Assembly: GCA_965240325.2 (NCBI GenBank)
Contig: OZ251224.1
Location: 124,001-188,000 of the forward strand
Direction of reading: 5' to 3'
Source: Rebecca billardiae RCC1528
Lineage: Eukaryota; Protista; Haptophyta
DNA length: 64,000 bases
Part shown: positions 38,101 through 49,117 of the stretch, one piece after another
Layout of the letters: every line of letters begins with the position of its first letter
Position numbering within the stretch: the first letter of the stretch is position 1
Made by a program: the position numbers and the translations under genes
Notes under the pieces: generated by a model
Databases searched by the model: none
Told to the model about the DNA's origin: nothing
What the model saw: only the letters and a program-made list of their open reading frames with translations

Positions 38101-38372
38101 AACAACTCCCAGAGGAGGAGCAGCCACCAGCGCAGCGGTGACCAGAGCAGCCACGCCGGCCGCAGCGCCGCGGGTGCAGCCAGCGAGCGCGGCCGCACCC
38201 AGACGCGCATCGCTTGCCAAGCTGCTGAGCAAATCCAGACCCGCGCCCAATCCGGGCCTGGCTCGGCTTGACGACCGGAAAACCTCCAGGCAGCCGGACC
38301 CTGGCTGCCAGCCCGCCCTCATGAGGGCTACCGGTGAGTTATACCCGCATAACCGAGCGGTTATACAACCAT
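35148..38372 (+). mobile_element. Head-to-tail dimer of a non-autonomous Helitron2/Helentron-like element (short copy ~35148-35784, long copy ~35782-38372)
   Basis: Both copies share 5' ends (ATAACTCACTCGGTAGACCCACATGAG) and 3' ends (CTCATGAGGGCTACCGGTGAGTTAT..ATAACCGAGCGGTTAT-ACAACCAT). This is an asymmetric TIR plus terminal hairpin. No transposase ORF. Confidence 0.65.
37300..38025 (+). repeat. ~64-68-bp hairpin-containing minisatellite (5 + 3 units) inside the element
   Basis: GAGAAGATTGCAGACGGGGACGCCTCGAAGCGGTTCCGAGGCGCCCCCATCGAAAGCAGAGCAT units. Confidence 0.9.
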
Positions 38373-38499
38373 TCCTCGCTAGCCGCACAGTGCCGGCGAC
38401 CTGGTCGGGCGGACTGAAGGCGAAGGATTGTCACACGACGTCATCCATCGTCGATCTTGCCGAGCAAGCACTCCTTCCGCCACCTGCTGCGCGCGCGCG

Positions 38500-41400
38500 A
38501 TGCGCGGCGTGCCGCTGGCGGAGCAGTCGGACGGCGAGGTCGGCGGCGACGCTTCGGCTGCCGTCCTTCGATCCTCCCGCCCGGGCGCGAGCGCGTTCGC
38601 CGAGCAGGCCTTTGCCGACGCGCTCGCCAGCCGGCCGGCGACCGCGCCCGCGCCGCAGCCGCTCGCGCCCGCGCTGCCGCAGCAGCCCAGCGGCGCCCAG
38701 GGCGCGGCGCATGCGGGCGCGGGCGCGGCAGGTGGCGGCTGCAGCTCGTCTGCGCCTGTCGCGGCGCGCTCGGGCGTGACGTTCTCATCGGCCGCGTCGG
38801 TGGTTGACCAGGCCGTTCCGTCAAAGGAGGCGCTCGTGCAGCGTGCGCGGCGGTCGAACGTGCCCGGCTTCCGCGCCGTCTACGACGCCGTCCGAGCGCG
38901 CGAGCGCTCGTACCCGCACCACGCCGTCTCGGACGAGTCGCAGCACGCCTCGGGGCGCGCGCTCAACGACATTGTGAGCGTGCCCAAGGCGGCGCCGCCG
39001 CGGCTCTTCTGCCTGGTGAAGCTGGCGTACGCGCTGCCGGAGTTCTCGAAGCTCTCCGTCACCATGCTGATGAACGTGCACGCCATCGCCTTCTTCAACG
39101 AGTTTGGCGCGCACCTGTCGGTGCTGACCTTCTTCATCTCGCTCGCGCGCTCGTTCGACGTGCTCACCGACCCGCTGATGGGCTGGGTGTCGGACGCGAC
39201 GCGCTCGCGCTTCGGGCGGCGGCGGCCGTACATGCTCGCCTTCGCGCCCGGCTACGCGGGCTGCCTCATCGGCCTGCTCAGCGTCGTGCCCGTGATGCGC
39301 GACCTCGCCGATCCGGCGGCGCGCTCGGCGCGCGTCGTCTCTTGGTTTGGCTGCTTTTACGTCACGTTCTACCTGTTCGACACGGGGTCGAACGTGCCGC
39401 ACGCGGCGCTGGGGCCCGAGCTGACGGACTCGCCGACGGAGCGCAACGCCACCTTCTTCCTCGCCGCCCTCTTCAAGATGGCCGGCATCCTCTTCGCCGC
39501 GATGGCGCCGGTCGCGCTCGAGTACGAGTACGGCTGCCACGAGGAGGCGGCGGCCGTGGCACCGGGCGCGTGGCCGACGTGCACGATGGAGGCGAAGGGG
39601 TACGGGCTGCAGCTCACGGCGTGCGCCCTCGCGCTGTGGTACATCCTCGCGATCGGCATCGTGTGCTGCACCGTGCGCGAGCGGCCGGCCTCGACCAAGA
39701 CGCACACGCCGCCGCTCGTGCCGTCGCTGATGGCGACGTTCCGCAACAAGCCGTTCATGGCGCTGCTGCCCGCGTGGGTGCTCGACCAGCTCTCCGTCAC
39801 GATGCTCACGACGATGCTGGTGTACTTCTACACGTACATCGTGCAGCCGGAGAAGACCGTCGAGTGCGCCGCCGAGTGCACGCTCGACGCCGCGGGCGCG
39901 CGCTGGTACGACGCCTACCCCGAGCGCGACGCGCGCGGGCGCTCGACCAAGTCGATCGTGTTCCCCGGCTGCCGCTCGACGTTCTGGTGCGGCACGTCCG
40001 GCTGGATCGGGCTGTCGGTGGTCGCGCTGATCACGGGCGCGGTGCTCTCGCAGCCGGCGTGGCTGTGGCTCACGACCAAGCTCGACAAGCGCAACGTGTG
40101 GCTGCTCATGAACCTGGTCAACGCGCTGACCAACATCGTGTTTGTGCTCGTGGGCGAGGGCGACCCCGTGCTGTGCGTCACGCTCGTCTTCTTCAACGGG
40201 CTGCCGCTCGGCGCGCAGTTCCTCAACGACTCGCTCGTCGCGGACGTGATCGACTACGACGAGTTCCTCACCGGCGTGCGCTCCGAGGGCCGCTTCACCA
40301 TCGGCCAGTCGCTGCTCCCCAAGGTCGTCTCGGTGCCGGCCGCGACGGTGCCGCTCACGCTGCTCGTCTTCCTCGGCTTCACGCCGCCCGACGAGCTGGG
40401 GCGGCCGCAGCCGCAGACGGCGACGATCCGGCTGTTCATCCGCGTGGTGTTCTTCGGCATCCCGTTCGTGTGCTGCCTCATCTCGGTGGCGCTCAAGGTG
40501 CGCTTCCCGCTCAAGACCGAGGCGATCCGGCGGCAGGTGCGCGAGGGCTGCGCGCTGCACATGCAGGGGCTGCCCGCGGTCGACCCGCTCACCGAGCGCG
40601 TCACGTACCCGCTCGACCTGGCGGACGGCGAGGAGGTGGAGCAGTGGCGGCTCGACCACTTCTTCCTGCGCCAGCTCGAGCACCTGTACATGCGCGGGCC
40701 GAAGCCGCTCATCCGCAGCATGCGCGCCAACCGGCTCAGCGCGGCCACCGCGCTCGTCGGCTCGGTCGCCATCTGCTCGGTCGGGCTGTCGCGCGGCTGG
40801 ATCTACGAGCAGGCGCTGGCGTGGCTGTGCATCTTCTCGGCGATGGGCGGCGGCCTGTCGCTGTGCATGCTGCTGCTCGCGCAGGCGCGGCTGCGCGCGG
40901 CGTACAGCCTGCAGTTCCGGCCTGTGAACAAGGTGCGCGCGGCCGCGCGCCGCCGCGCCGCCGCCGCGCCGCGGCCGCGGCCGACTCAGCGCCGAGCGCC
41001 CCGCGCGCCGCGCGCGCGCGCGCGCGCGCGCATGCGCCCGCACGGCAGGCGTTCCTCGGCCGGCTGATCAGCCTATACCAGGGCGACACGAACGTCGAGA
41101 GCCTCTCGGGCGTGACGATCGAGCACGTGGACGCGGCGCTCGAGCGGTGGAAGGTGACCAACGCCGTGCGCGGCGTGCGCGTGCGCGTGGGCGAGCAGGA
41201 CGACGTGCCGCTGCTCGAGCTGATGGAGGCGCTGCAGGGCGCGCTGCGCGGCATCGAGCTCCCAGTCGTGGACGCGGAGAGCGCGACCGCCAGGGCGACG
41301 CGCCAGATGGCCACGACGAGCAACGCCGCGGTGATCAAGCGCGTCGTCGACCAGCAGGGCGGCGGTGCGCCGGGCGCGCCCGCGCCCGGCGCAGCGCCGT

Positions 41401-41609
41401 CGTGCGGCGGCGCCAACGGCGGCTCGATGTCGCCAACGCCGCCGCCGCCGCTCGAGCCGCCGCCCGCGCCGCCTGGGCCCCCGCCCGAGCCGCCCGGCGC
41501 GCCGAGCGGGCTGGAGATGGCGGCTGGTCTGCCACCCGCAGCCACCGACCCTGGGGCGGGCGGCAATGGTGCGGGCACCGCCGGTGGTGGCAGCGTCTCG
41601 CGCGTATAG
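38500..41609 (+). CDS. GPH/MelB/MFSD2-type MFS sugar-cation symporter; exons 38500-40932 and 41049-41609
   Basis: ARSFDVLTDPLMGWVSD..SRFGRRRPY, PHAALGPELT..ER, FRNKPF and ADVIDYDE..G.RSEG.F. 116-nt GT-AG intron. Confidence 0.92.
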
Positions 41610-43046
41610 CATCGCTGCCACGGCATGCAGCACTGCTGCGCTGCTGAGTGCTGCCGCACCGCCTGCCAAGTCGCTCCGAGTCGCGTTCGGCCGCATCGTC
41701 AGTCACACTGACAGTGGGAGTGGCCCGTACAGCGTACTTCAATGTACGCCGCGTAGTAGTGCATCATGCACAACATGGCGGTTATTGTATCCTCGCCACG
41801 TAGCAGTCGTATATATATAAACATAATCACTCACGGATAATGCGCGCTCCGGGCGTCTTCTGAATCTGATCCGCCGTCTGGCCTGTTTTATTTCTACCAG
41901 ATTCCATTTACTATGTCACGGCGACAAACCCGTGCCTGCCAGTGGGAATCGGTGTCACGCCCCGTTCAGTGTACCTCTCACGGCCGATGGCGGCCCCGGC
42001 GTGCGTGAGGAATGCGATTCGTGCACTCCTCGGTGACCGGTGAGTGCACGAATCCAGTTGCGGCGCTCGTCCGCCTCGTCGTCGTCGCACACGAGGTACA
42101 CTGAAGAGCACGGGTCAGAAGCCAGATCTCTCTGCGCGCTCGCGCCCGCGTGGCGAGGCACTGGCAGGCTTGTACTCATCATCTTGGCCAAGACTGCAGC
42201 CTGCCAGATGCGCGAGGACGCGTGTGCACGCCTTTCCGCGCGTCATGGGTGCGCACGGTACGCACTTTGTCGTCATCCACGCCGAGGAGGCCTGAGCAAC
42301 CAGCCCACCAGCCTGCCTTGACCACGTTCAAATGCAGGCTGCAGTGCGAGCGCACGCCGAACGGAAACATCTCACGGTCGACAAGGAAGGGGCGGCGGAG
42401 CGAGTAGAGCTGGTGTCGTTTGCAGTCCATCTGTCGTTCAACAGTCTTGGTTCACCAAATGACACGGGCGCGACGCAGCCAAGGCAGAGTGCTTGCAGCT
42501 CGCAGCGCGCCCGCAACTCGGTTTGCCGCCGCGGCGGCGCGGCGATCGTCACACCGCCGTGCGCTGCGAGGGACCTCTGTGTCATGGCGAAGCACCATGG
42601 CAAGGCTAAGCAGCAGCATGCCTTGGCAACACCGTACGCTACAGCTCAGCGCCCTAGTACGAACATGCGCCAACGACGTGCCATCACTACTCCGCACTCG
42701 CGCCGGCACCACCAGCGGGCAAGCGCCGCCATTTTACCGCGTTTTGGCGGATGTCGCCGTTGGGCTCTCATAAAATAAAACAGGCCGTCTATCAATAGAC
42801 AATAACCGTCGGCGGCGGCGTCCGCAGTGTCAGATCCCTGACACTCACTGACACTGATGGTACGCGACTCATCGTCTTGCATGCTGCCGGCAGGCCGTGA
42901 CGGACTGACGGTCCCGCCGGACACTCCGCGTACTGCGCGCAGCCGGCATACTCAGCACGATGATCATCATCATGAGGCATCATCCGCCGCGTGTATCAGA
43001 TCGCGGTCCTCATCGTCACGCATCCTCATCCCATATCCTTCCCGGC

Positions 43047-43481
43047 TCAGCGATGCGGGCGCGCAGAACTCGTTTGTCGTATGAGGTCCACTTCGTTCTT
43101 CTCCCTCTCCACAGAAGCCTCCAGCTGCGGAATCTGCGCCAGCAGCTCAAGCAGGATCCGAACATCTTCGGCTTCGGTGTCTTCGTGTCTCTTGATCTCA
43201 TCGCAAACGTCCATCATCGCGCAGAGTGCCGATCCGACGTCGTCTGCCAGTGTTTCGCAGTCGTTGGTTGCGTGCTGGAGTTCCTGCTCGACTTCGAGCA
43301 CGACTCGCTGAAGGAGCTGCTCCTCGCACGCGCGCCGCGTCGTCGCGAGGCGACGCGCCCTCTTGCGCTCGCGCGCATCACGTGCCATCGTCCGGGCACG
43401 GCGCTCGAGAGGCACGACGAGCTCGACTTCCAGGACCCTCGTGTGCGCCTGGAGCGCGGCAATGCGCTCGGCGGAGACCAT
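43047..43481 (-). CDS. Possible small coiled-coil protein; exon structure uncertain
   Basis: Glu/Leu-rich helical translation (LEVEQELQHATNDCETLADD...LEASVEREKNE), divergent from MAT1. Confidence 0.4.
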   Translation of the reverse strand: MVSAERIAALQAHTRVLEVELVVPLERRARTMARDARERKRARRLATTRRACEEQLLQRVVLEVEQELQHATNDCETLADDVGSALCAMMDVCDEIKRHEDTEAEDVRILLELLAQIPQLEASVEREKNEVDLIRQTSSARPHR

Positions 43482-43664
43482 CCTCGACAGCAAGCTTGCA
43501 GCCCGACGACGCTCTGCCCTTGCCCTGCCGCGCTTCGCTCGGCGACTCCCTTGGCTCGGCAACGACCGGTCTCCTCGCCTGCGAGGCCCTCCGCCGGCCC
43601 GGCCTGCGCAGGACTCGTGTCCGGACTGCTCATGAGCAAGCCCCGGTTCCTCAGCAGCGGCAGG

Positions 43665-44372
43665 ATGGTCGTCGCCTCGGCGGCGATGGGGTCGTCGGCG
43701 AACCCCTTCCAGCTGGAGAAGAGGTATCGCGACGAGATACTGGCGGTCTACTTCAAGTGCGAGGAGGACTTTGAAGACGTGGAGGAGTACAACGAGTACC
43801 TGATGGAGGTGGAGGACATGGTGCACAGCCTGATGAACGACGAGAACACCCCGGCGACACGCGCCAAGCTCGCGCAGTACAAGAAGCAGTACGGCGAGCT
43901 CTCGGCGGCAAACCGGAGCCGGCGCGCCGTGGCGTACCGGCAGATGCAAGAGGCCGACGAGCGCGAGCGGCTGGAGCGCGAGCAGCGGCGCTTGGAGCAG
44001 CACGAGGCCGACGAGCGCCGGCTGCACGGCCGGATCGCAGAGAAGCGCACGGCGCAGATCAGCATCGCTGAGGGGCGTGGCGCGGCCACCACCGCCACCG
44101 CTGCGCCGCCCGCTGCGTCGCTGACTGCCGAGCTGCTTGTCGACCCGGCCGCCGTGCCGCTGCACATGCGCGAGGAGAAGCAGGAGACGCGCCAGGCACC
44201 ATCTCGCGGCCGTGGTGCGACAGAGGAGGCGCGAGCCAAGGAGAGGCGCGCGGCACAGGCCGCGGGCTACTCGCAGCGGCTCTGGCTTCAGCATGCCGTG
44301 CTGTGGGCGTGCCAAGGGGATGGGCTCGAGTTCGTGCCTCCTGCGGATCATCAGCACGCGATGACGAGATAG
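43665..44372 (+). CDS. MAT1: CDK-activating kinase assembly factor MAT1 (TFIIH), RING-less form
   Basis: EKRYRDEILAVYFKCEEDFEDVEEYNEYLMEVEDMVHSL matches the MAT1 central-domain signature. An alternative ATG lies at 43632. Confidence 0.88.
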   Translation: MVVASAAMGSSANPFQLEKRYRDEILAVYFKCEEDFEDVEEYNEYLMEVEDMVHSLMNDENTPATRAKLAQYKKQYGELSAANRSRRAVAYRQMQEADERERLEREQRRLEQHEADERRLHGRIAEKRTAQISIAEGRGAATTATAAPPAASLTAELLVDPAAVPLHMREEKQETRQAPSRGRGATEEARAKERRAAQAAGYSQRLWLQHAVLWACQGDGLEFVPPADHQHAMTR

Positions 44373-44930
44373 CACCGCCCCGGCGGGGGCGGCTGCCGCG
44401 GGGCGGTCCGATGATGAATCTCATGAATCAATCATTCAATCAATGATTTATTTACTGAATGAATGACTATAATATATTCTGAATGCAGCGTCGCACTACT
44501 GAGACACTACTCCCGACGAGGCTCAGTGATGATCGGATCCTGAGACAGCTGAGTGAGTAGCTAGCTACGTACCGCCTACTACAGTACTATAGTGTACTAC
44601 GGAGTACGGTCCGCGCCGCATTGACAATAATACAATAACTGCTGCCAACGGCCGGGGTGGCCGCGCTGGCCCGCCCACGACGTGAGCGGCCCTGCGCAGC
44701 CTAGCCCAGCAGTCCGTGGGCGGCTGGCCCGCACGGCGTGCACGCGTGTTGGGCCGTCGGCTACACTGCGCGAGGCGGGCGGCCACGCGGCACACGTGCG
44801 CGGCGCAGCGCGGCGCGCCCCGGATCGCCGGCGCCAGCGTGGTGCGCCGCCGGCCGGTGCCCGCCGCCTGGCGCCCGCCGTCGCCAAGCACGCTGCGGCG
44901 CGCGAGGCCGTCGCCTCCCTCGGCCGCGCC

Positions 44931-47470
44931 TCACGCCATGCTCTTGGCCTTGCGCAGGAAGTCCTGCAGCGCGTTGAGCCGGCTGTCAATGTCGTGCACG
45001 TTGGCCGCCAGGCCGCCGCCGCCAGCCGGAGCCGCGCCCACGCCCTCCGCCAGGCCTGGCGCGGCGCGTTTGCGAGCGCGCGGCGCACGGCTGAGCACGC
45101 GCTCGTGGGGGGCGCGCGCGCCGCGCCTGCCCGCGCGTGGCCGCGCCCCGCCCGCCCCGGCGCGCGCGTACCGCCGGCCTTTGCGCGCTGCTGCTGCCCC
45201 GGCAGCTGCGCCTGCTGCGCGCCCTGCGCGCCCTGCGGCTGCTGCGCGCGCCGCCCCTTGGCTCGCACGTTGGCCTTGACGTTCTCCTTGAAGGCCTCGA
45301 GCTCCTCGTCAGAGGAGGCGGAGGAGGCGGAGGAGGAGGGGGCGGAGGGGCGGGGCGGGAAGGAGGGGGGCGCGGCCGAGGCGGTGGGCGCGTCCGACGG
45401 CCGGCCGCCGCCGCCCGAGCGGCGCGGCGGCCGCGCGCCCGCCGGCGTGGCCGCGCCGCTCGGCTCGGCCGGCCGCGCGGCCGCGCGCGCGCGGACGTGC
45501 TGCTCGCGCAGCGCGCCCACGCGCGCGGCCGCGCCCCAGCCGGCCTCCGCGTCGGCCTCGCTGCCGTCCGTGTCGGTCTCGTCCGCGGACGCGCCGCCGG
45601 GCGGCGCGCGCGGCAGCGCCGCGCGGCGCGGCGCGTGCTCGAGCGGCGAGCCCGCCGCGCGGCGCAGCGGCGCGCCGTGCGCGGCGCGCGGCGCGCGGCG
45701 CGCGCCGCCGCCGGCCGCGCTGCCGGCCGCGTCCGAGTCGTCGTCGTCCGTCGCCGAGAGGGCGGCGCCCGCGCGGCGGCTGAGCGGCTCGCGCGCGGCG
45801 CGCGGCGCGCGTCCCTCGCGGCGCAGCGCGGCGTCGTACGGCCGCGGCGACGGCGGCTGCGCGCCGCGCCGCGCGCCGTCGCGCTCGACCGAGGGCGCGC
45901 GCGACGCGGGCGCGGACGCGGGCCGGCCGGGCGCGCGCGCGCCGCCGCCGTGCGGCGCGCGCGCGTGCGGCCCGGCGGGCGCGCGCACGCTCTTGGGCTG
46001 GTACAGGTGGGCGGAGACGGAGCGCACGGAGCGCGCGGCAGGCGAGCCCCAGCGCGACGCGGGCGCGCTGCCCGGCCGCCCCGCGCGGCTCGACGGCAGC
46101 CGCCGCGCCGAGCCGACCGAAGGCGATCGCGAGGAGGCGGGCGAGGGCGCGCGCGAGCCGCCCGCGCCCGAGCCCACCGAGCGCGCGAGCCGGGCGGAGG
46201 TGAGCGGCGCGGCGCGCGCGCGCGCGGGCGTGCCGCCCGCGCCGCCGCCCGCCGCGCGCCCGCCCGCCGCCGCCGCAACCGCGCGCTGCCGGTACCAGCC
46301 GAGCTCCGAGCTGAGCTCGCGCGCCTTGAGCCTCGCCTGCCGCTCGGCGGCGCGCGCGCGCTCCGCGTCCGCGGCGGCCGCGTCGCGCTCGCGCTTGAGG
46401 CGGCGGAGCTCGCGCGAGGCGGCGTCGCGCTCGGCGGCGGCGGCGTCCTGCGCGGCGGCGAGCTGCTTGCGCAGCCGCCTCGCCTCCGCCTCCGCCACGC
46501 CGCGCGCCGCCGCCTCGCGCTCCGCCTTGGCGCCGCCCGCGCCGCCCTCGGCCGCGACCGCCGCCACCTGCTGTTGGATCGCCTTGAGCTCGCGCGCCGC
46601 CTCGCGCCGCACCGCGTCGAGGGTGGCCTGGAGCTCGGCCTTCTCGCGCCGCGCCGCCTCGTACCGCGCGCCCGCCTCCGCGCCCTCCGCCGCCGCCGCG
46701 CGCGCGCGGCGCAGCTCGTCGCGCGCGCGCTCGAGCTTGGCGCGCAGCGCGGCCGCCTCCGCCTCCGCCTCCGGCTCGCGCTCGGCGCCGCCGCGCGCGC
46801 GCTCGGCCGCGGGCGCGGGGGGCGGCGGCGCGGCGGCGCGGCGCGCGGCGTCGAGCTCGGCTCGCAGCGCGCGCACCGTCCGGCGCAGCTCCGCCGCGCC
46901 CTCCGCGCGCTCGTCCAGCGCGAGCGGCAGCGGGTAGTGCACGCGGTCGTACTCCGCCACGTACGTCACGATCAGGTACACCTTCGGCGCGGGCGCGGCG
47001 GCGGGCGCGGCGGGCGGCGGCGGGGCGCCGGGGCGGAGGCGCTTGGACTTGAGCATCTCGAGGTCCGCCGCGCTCAGGATGTCGAGCGAGACCGAGTCCG
47101 ACGCCTGCTGCACCGCGGACTGCAGCATCTTGACAAACGTCGAGAAGCGCTTGAACGAGCCCGTCTTGTGCGCGATCTCCTCCACGTCTGCGAGGGGACG
47201 CGCGCGCGCGCGCGCGGAGGCGGAGGGCGTGCGCGGCGGAGGCCCGACACGTGGGCGGGCGAGCGCGCGCGCGGACCCTCGCCGCGCGCCTGCGCGCGCG
47301 CGCGCACGGCCGCGCGCACAGTGCGCTGAGAAGGCGCCCGTCCACACGTCCCCGCTGCTGCTCAGCTCGGCGGAGACGGCGAGCTCGTCGCCGCGCAGGG
47401 CGATGGAGAGCGCATATGGCTGCCCGTGCAGCATGAGCTCCGCCTCCTCCGACCACGAAGTCTCCCCCAT
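44931..47470 (-). CDS. CCDC61: CCDC61/VFL3 basal-body protein; exons 47470-47320, 47187-45172, 45055-44931
   Basis: Head domain WTGAFSAH-YVEEIAHKTGSFKRFSTFVKML..YLIVTYVAEYDRVHYPLPL, coiled coil, spliced C-terminal DIDSRLNALQDFL. Introns of 132 and 116 nt. Confidence 0.92.
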
Positions 47471-47633
47471 CGCGAGCGTGCGCGCGGCGCCGCTCGGCTC
47501 AGCGCGCGCTCGCTTGAAAGAGCGAGCCCACCGGCACCGCTAGCCCTCGCTCTCAAGCCAACGGTGGTTTGAGTCGTTGGCTGGCCGCACCGGACCGGGC
47601 GCCGGACCCGCGCTCATTCTCGCGCGAGCCGGC

Positions 47634-48470
47634 ATGATGGCGCTTCGGGCGTCCGTGCGGCTCTCGCGCACGCTGCTGTGCGCGCCGCTGCGGCACGGGA
47701 CGGCGCGGCACGGAGCTGGCGCCGTCGCGTGGACGGCCCTGCCACTCGGCGTGCCCGCGCTCGCGCAGCGTGCGCGCCCTCTCGCCGCCAAGGCGAAGAA
47801 GGCCAAGGGCGGCAGGAAGGGGAAGGGCGGGAAGCCGGCCACTGCGGGCGACGACGCTGACGACGACGACGACGAGCACGCGCACGAGGGCGGCGACGGC
47901 GAGGAGGGCGCGGGCGAGGAGGGGGATACGAGCAAGTTCGCCGACCACATCGAGCAGGCGATCGACTCCTTCCGGCGCGACCTCGTGCCGATCATCCCCG
48001 GGCGCGCCACGCCGCACATGCTCGACCACGTGAGCGTCGTGCACCCGGACACAAAGACGGCGCTGCCGATGCTCAGCGCGGCGCGCGTGGTGGTGCGCGA
48101 CCCGCAGCGGCTGGAGCTGACCGTCTTCGACCCGCAGCTCGTCACCGCCGTCGTCAAGGCCGTCGCCGCCGCGGGCATGGAGCTCAACCCGTACGCGGAG
48201 CGCAACGTGGTGCACGTGCCCGTGCCGCGCCCCACCGCCGAGCAGCGGCGCGCGATGGTCAAGTCGGTGCACGCGCTGGCGGAGAAGGCGCGCGAGCGCG
48301 TGCGCAGAGTACGGCAGCAGGCCCTCAAGGCGGGCAAGAACCTCAAGCACACCGCCGGCGCCGACGAGGCCAAGCGGTACGAGGGCGAGGTGCAGGCGCT
48401 CGTCGAGCGCGGCACCAAGAGCATCGGCGAGGTCGCGGCGCACAAGGAGAAGGACCTGCTGGACGGCTGA
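47634..48470 (+). CDS. frr: Organellar (probably mitochondrial) ribosome recycling factor
   Basis: Arg/Ala-rich presequence, GRATPHMLDHVSV, VFDPQL..AVKAV, VPVPRPTAEQR and VRRVRQ..HKEKDLL. Confidence 0.92.
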   Translation: MMALRASVRLSRTLLCAPLRHGTARHGAGAVAWTALPLGVPALAQRARPLAAKAKKAKGGRKGKGGKPATAGDDADDDDDEHAHEGGDGEEGAGEEGDTSKFADHIEQAIDSFRRDLVPIIPGRATPHMLDHVSVVHPDTKTALPMLSAARVVVRDPQRLELTVFDPQLVTAVVKAVAAAGMELNPYAERNVVHVPVPRPTAEQRRAMVKSVHALAEKARERVRRVRQQALKAGKNLKHTAGADEAKRYEGEVQALVERGTKSIGEVAAHKEKDLLDG

Positions 48471-48532
48471 GCACAAGGAGAAGGGCCTGCTGGACGGCTG
48501 AGCACAAGGAGAAGGGCCTGCTGGACGGCTGA
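48440..48532 (+). repeat. Triplicated 31-nt segment spanning the RRF stop codon
   Basis: GCACAAGGAGAAGG(A/G)CCTGCTGGACGGCTGA x3. Confidence 0.95.
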
Positions 48533-49117
48533 GCGAGCCGCACGCCCGACGGCCGAGGCCGGGGCAGGGGCCGGGTGGTCGCCGACGAGCGCCGGCAGCG
48601 CCGCGCGTGGGGTGGGCGCAGGATGCGACTGCTCCCGTTCGAGCGCACTGCTGCTGACGAAGATTCGCCGCTCGTTAGGCGGTCCGCCAGTCGGGCGCCC
48701 GGAGATCTCGTGGACGTGGTTTGCCACCGGGCAGCTACGTTCATCACGGGACAGCGGGGCAGCGTCCCGCCTGGAACCGACGGACGGTCACGCGGTCGGC
48801 GGTGCTGCGGTGCCCCCCGCCCCCCGCCCCGGCGGGCCGGCGAGGCCCCGGGCCCGCTGGTGGCTGGTGCCCAGCCAGGCTGCGGCCTGGCAGTGGCTGT
48901 GGGCGTGGCACCACGGGCAGCGCGCCCGGCGCCGGCTCCAGACCGGATTCAGGCGGCGCGGGCCAGTCGTCTCGTCAGATATCACGGATGCGGACGCGGG
49001 TCATGCTGAGAGAGAGAAGCAGTAGGCTTCGTCGCGCCGTACACGGACACGGTCAATAGACAATAACTACTCAAGTGCCGCGTACGCCGGTGTCGGGTCG
49101 GTGAGACACTCGCGCCA

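Noticed and set aside
41960-42110. 13-bp inverted repeat TTCAGTGTACCTC/GAGGTACACTGAA
   Set aside because: No TSD or other element features; too short to call.
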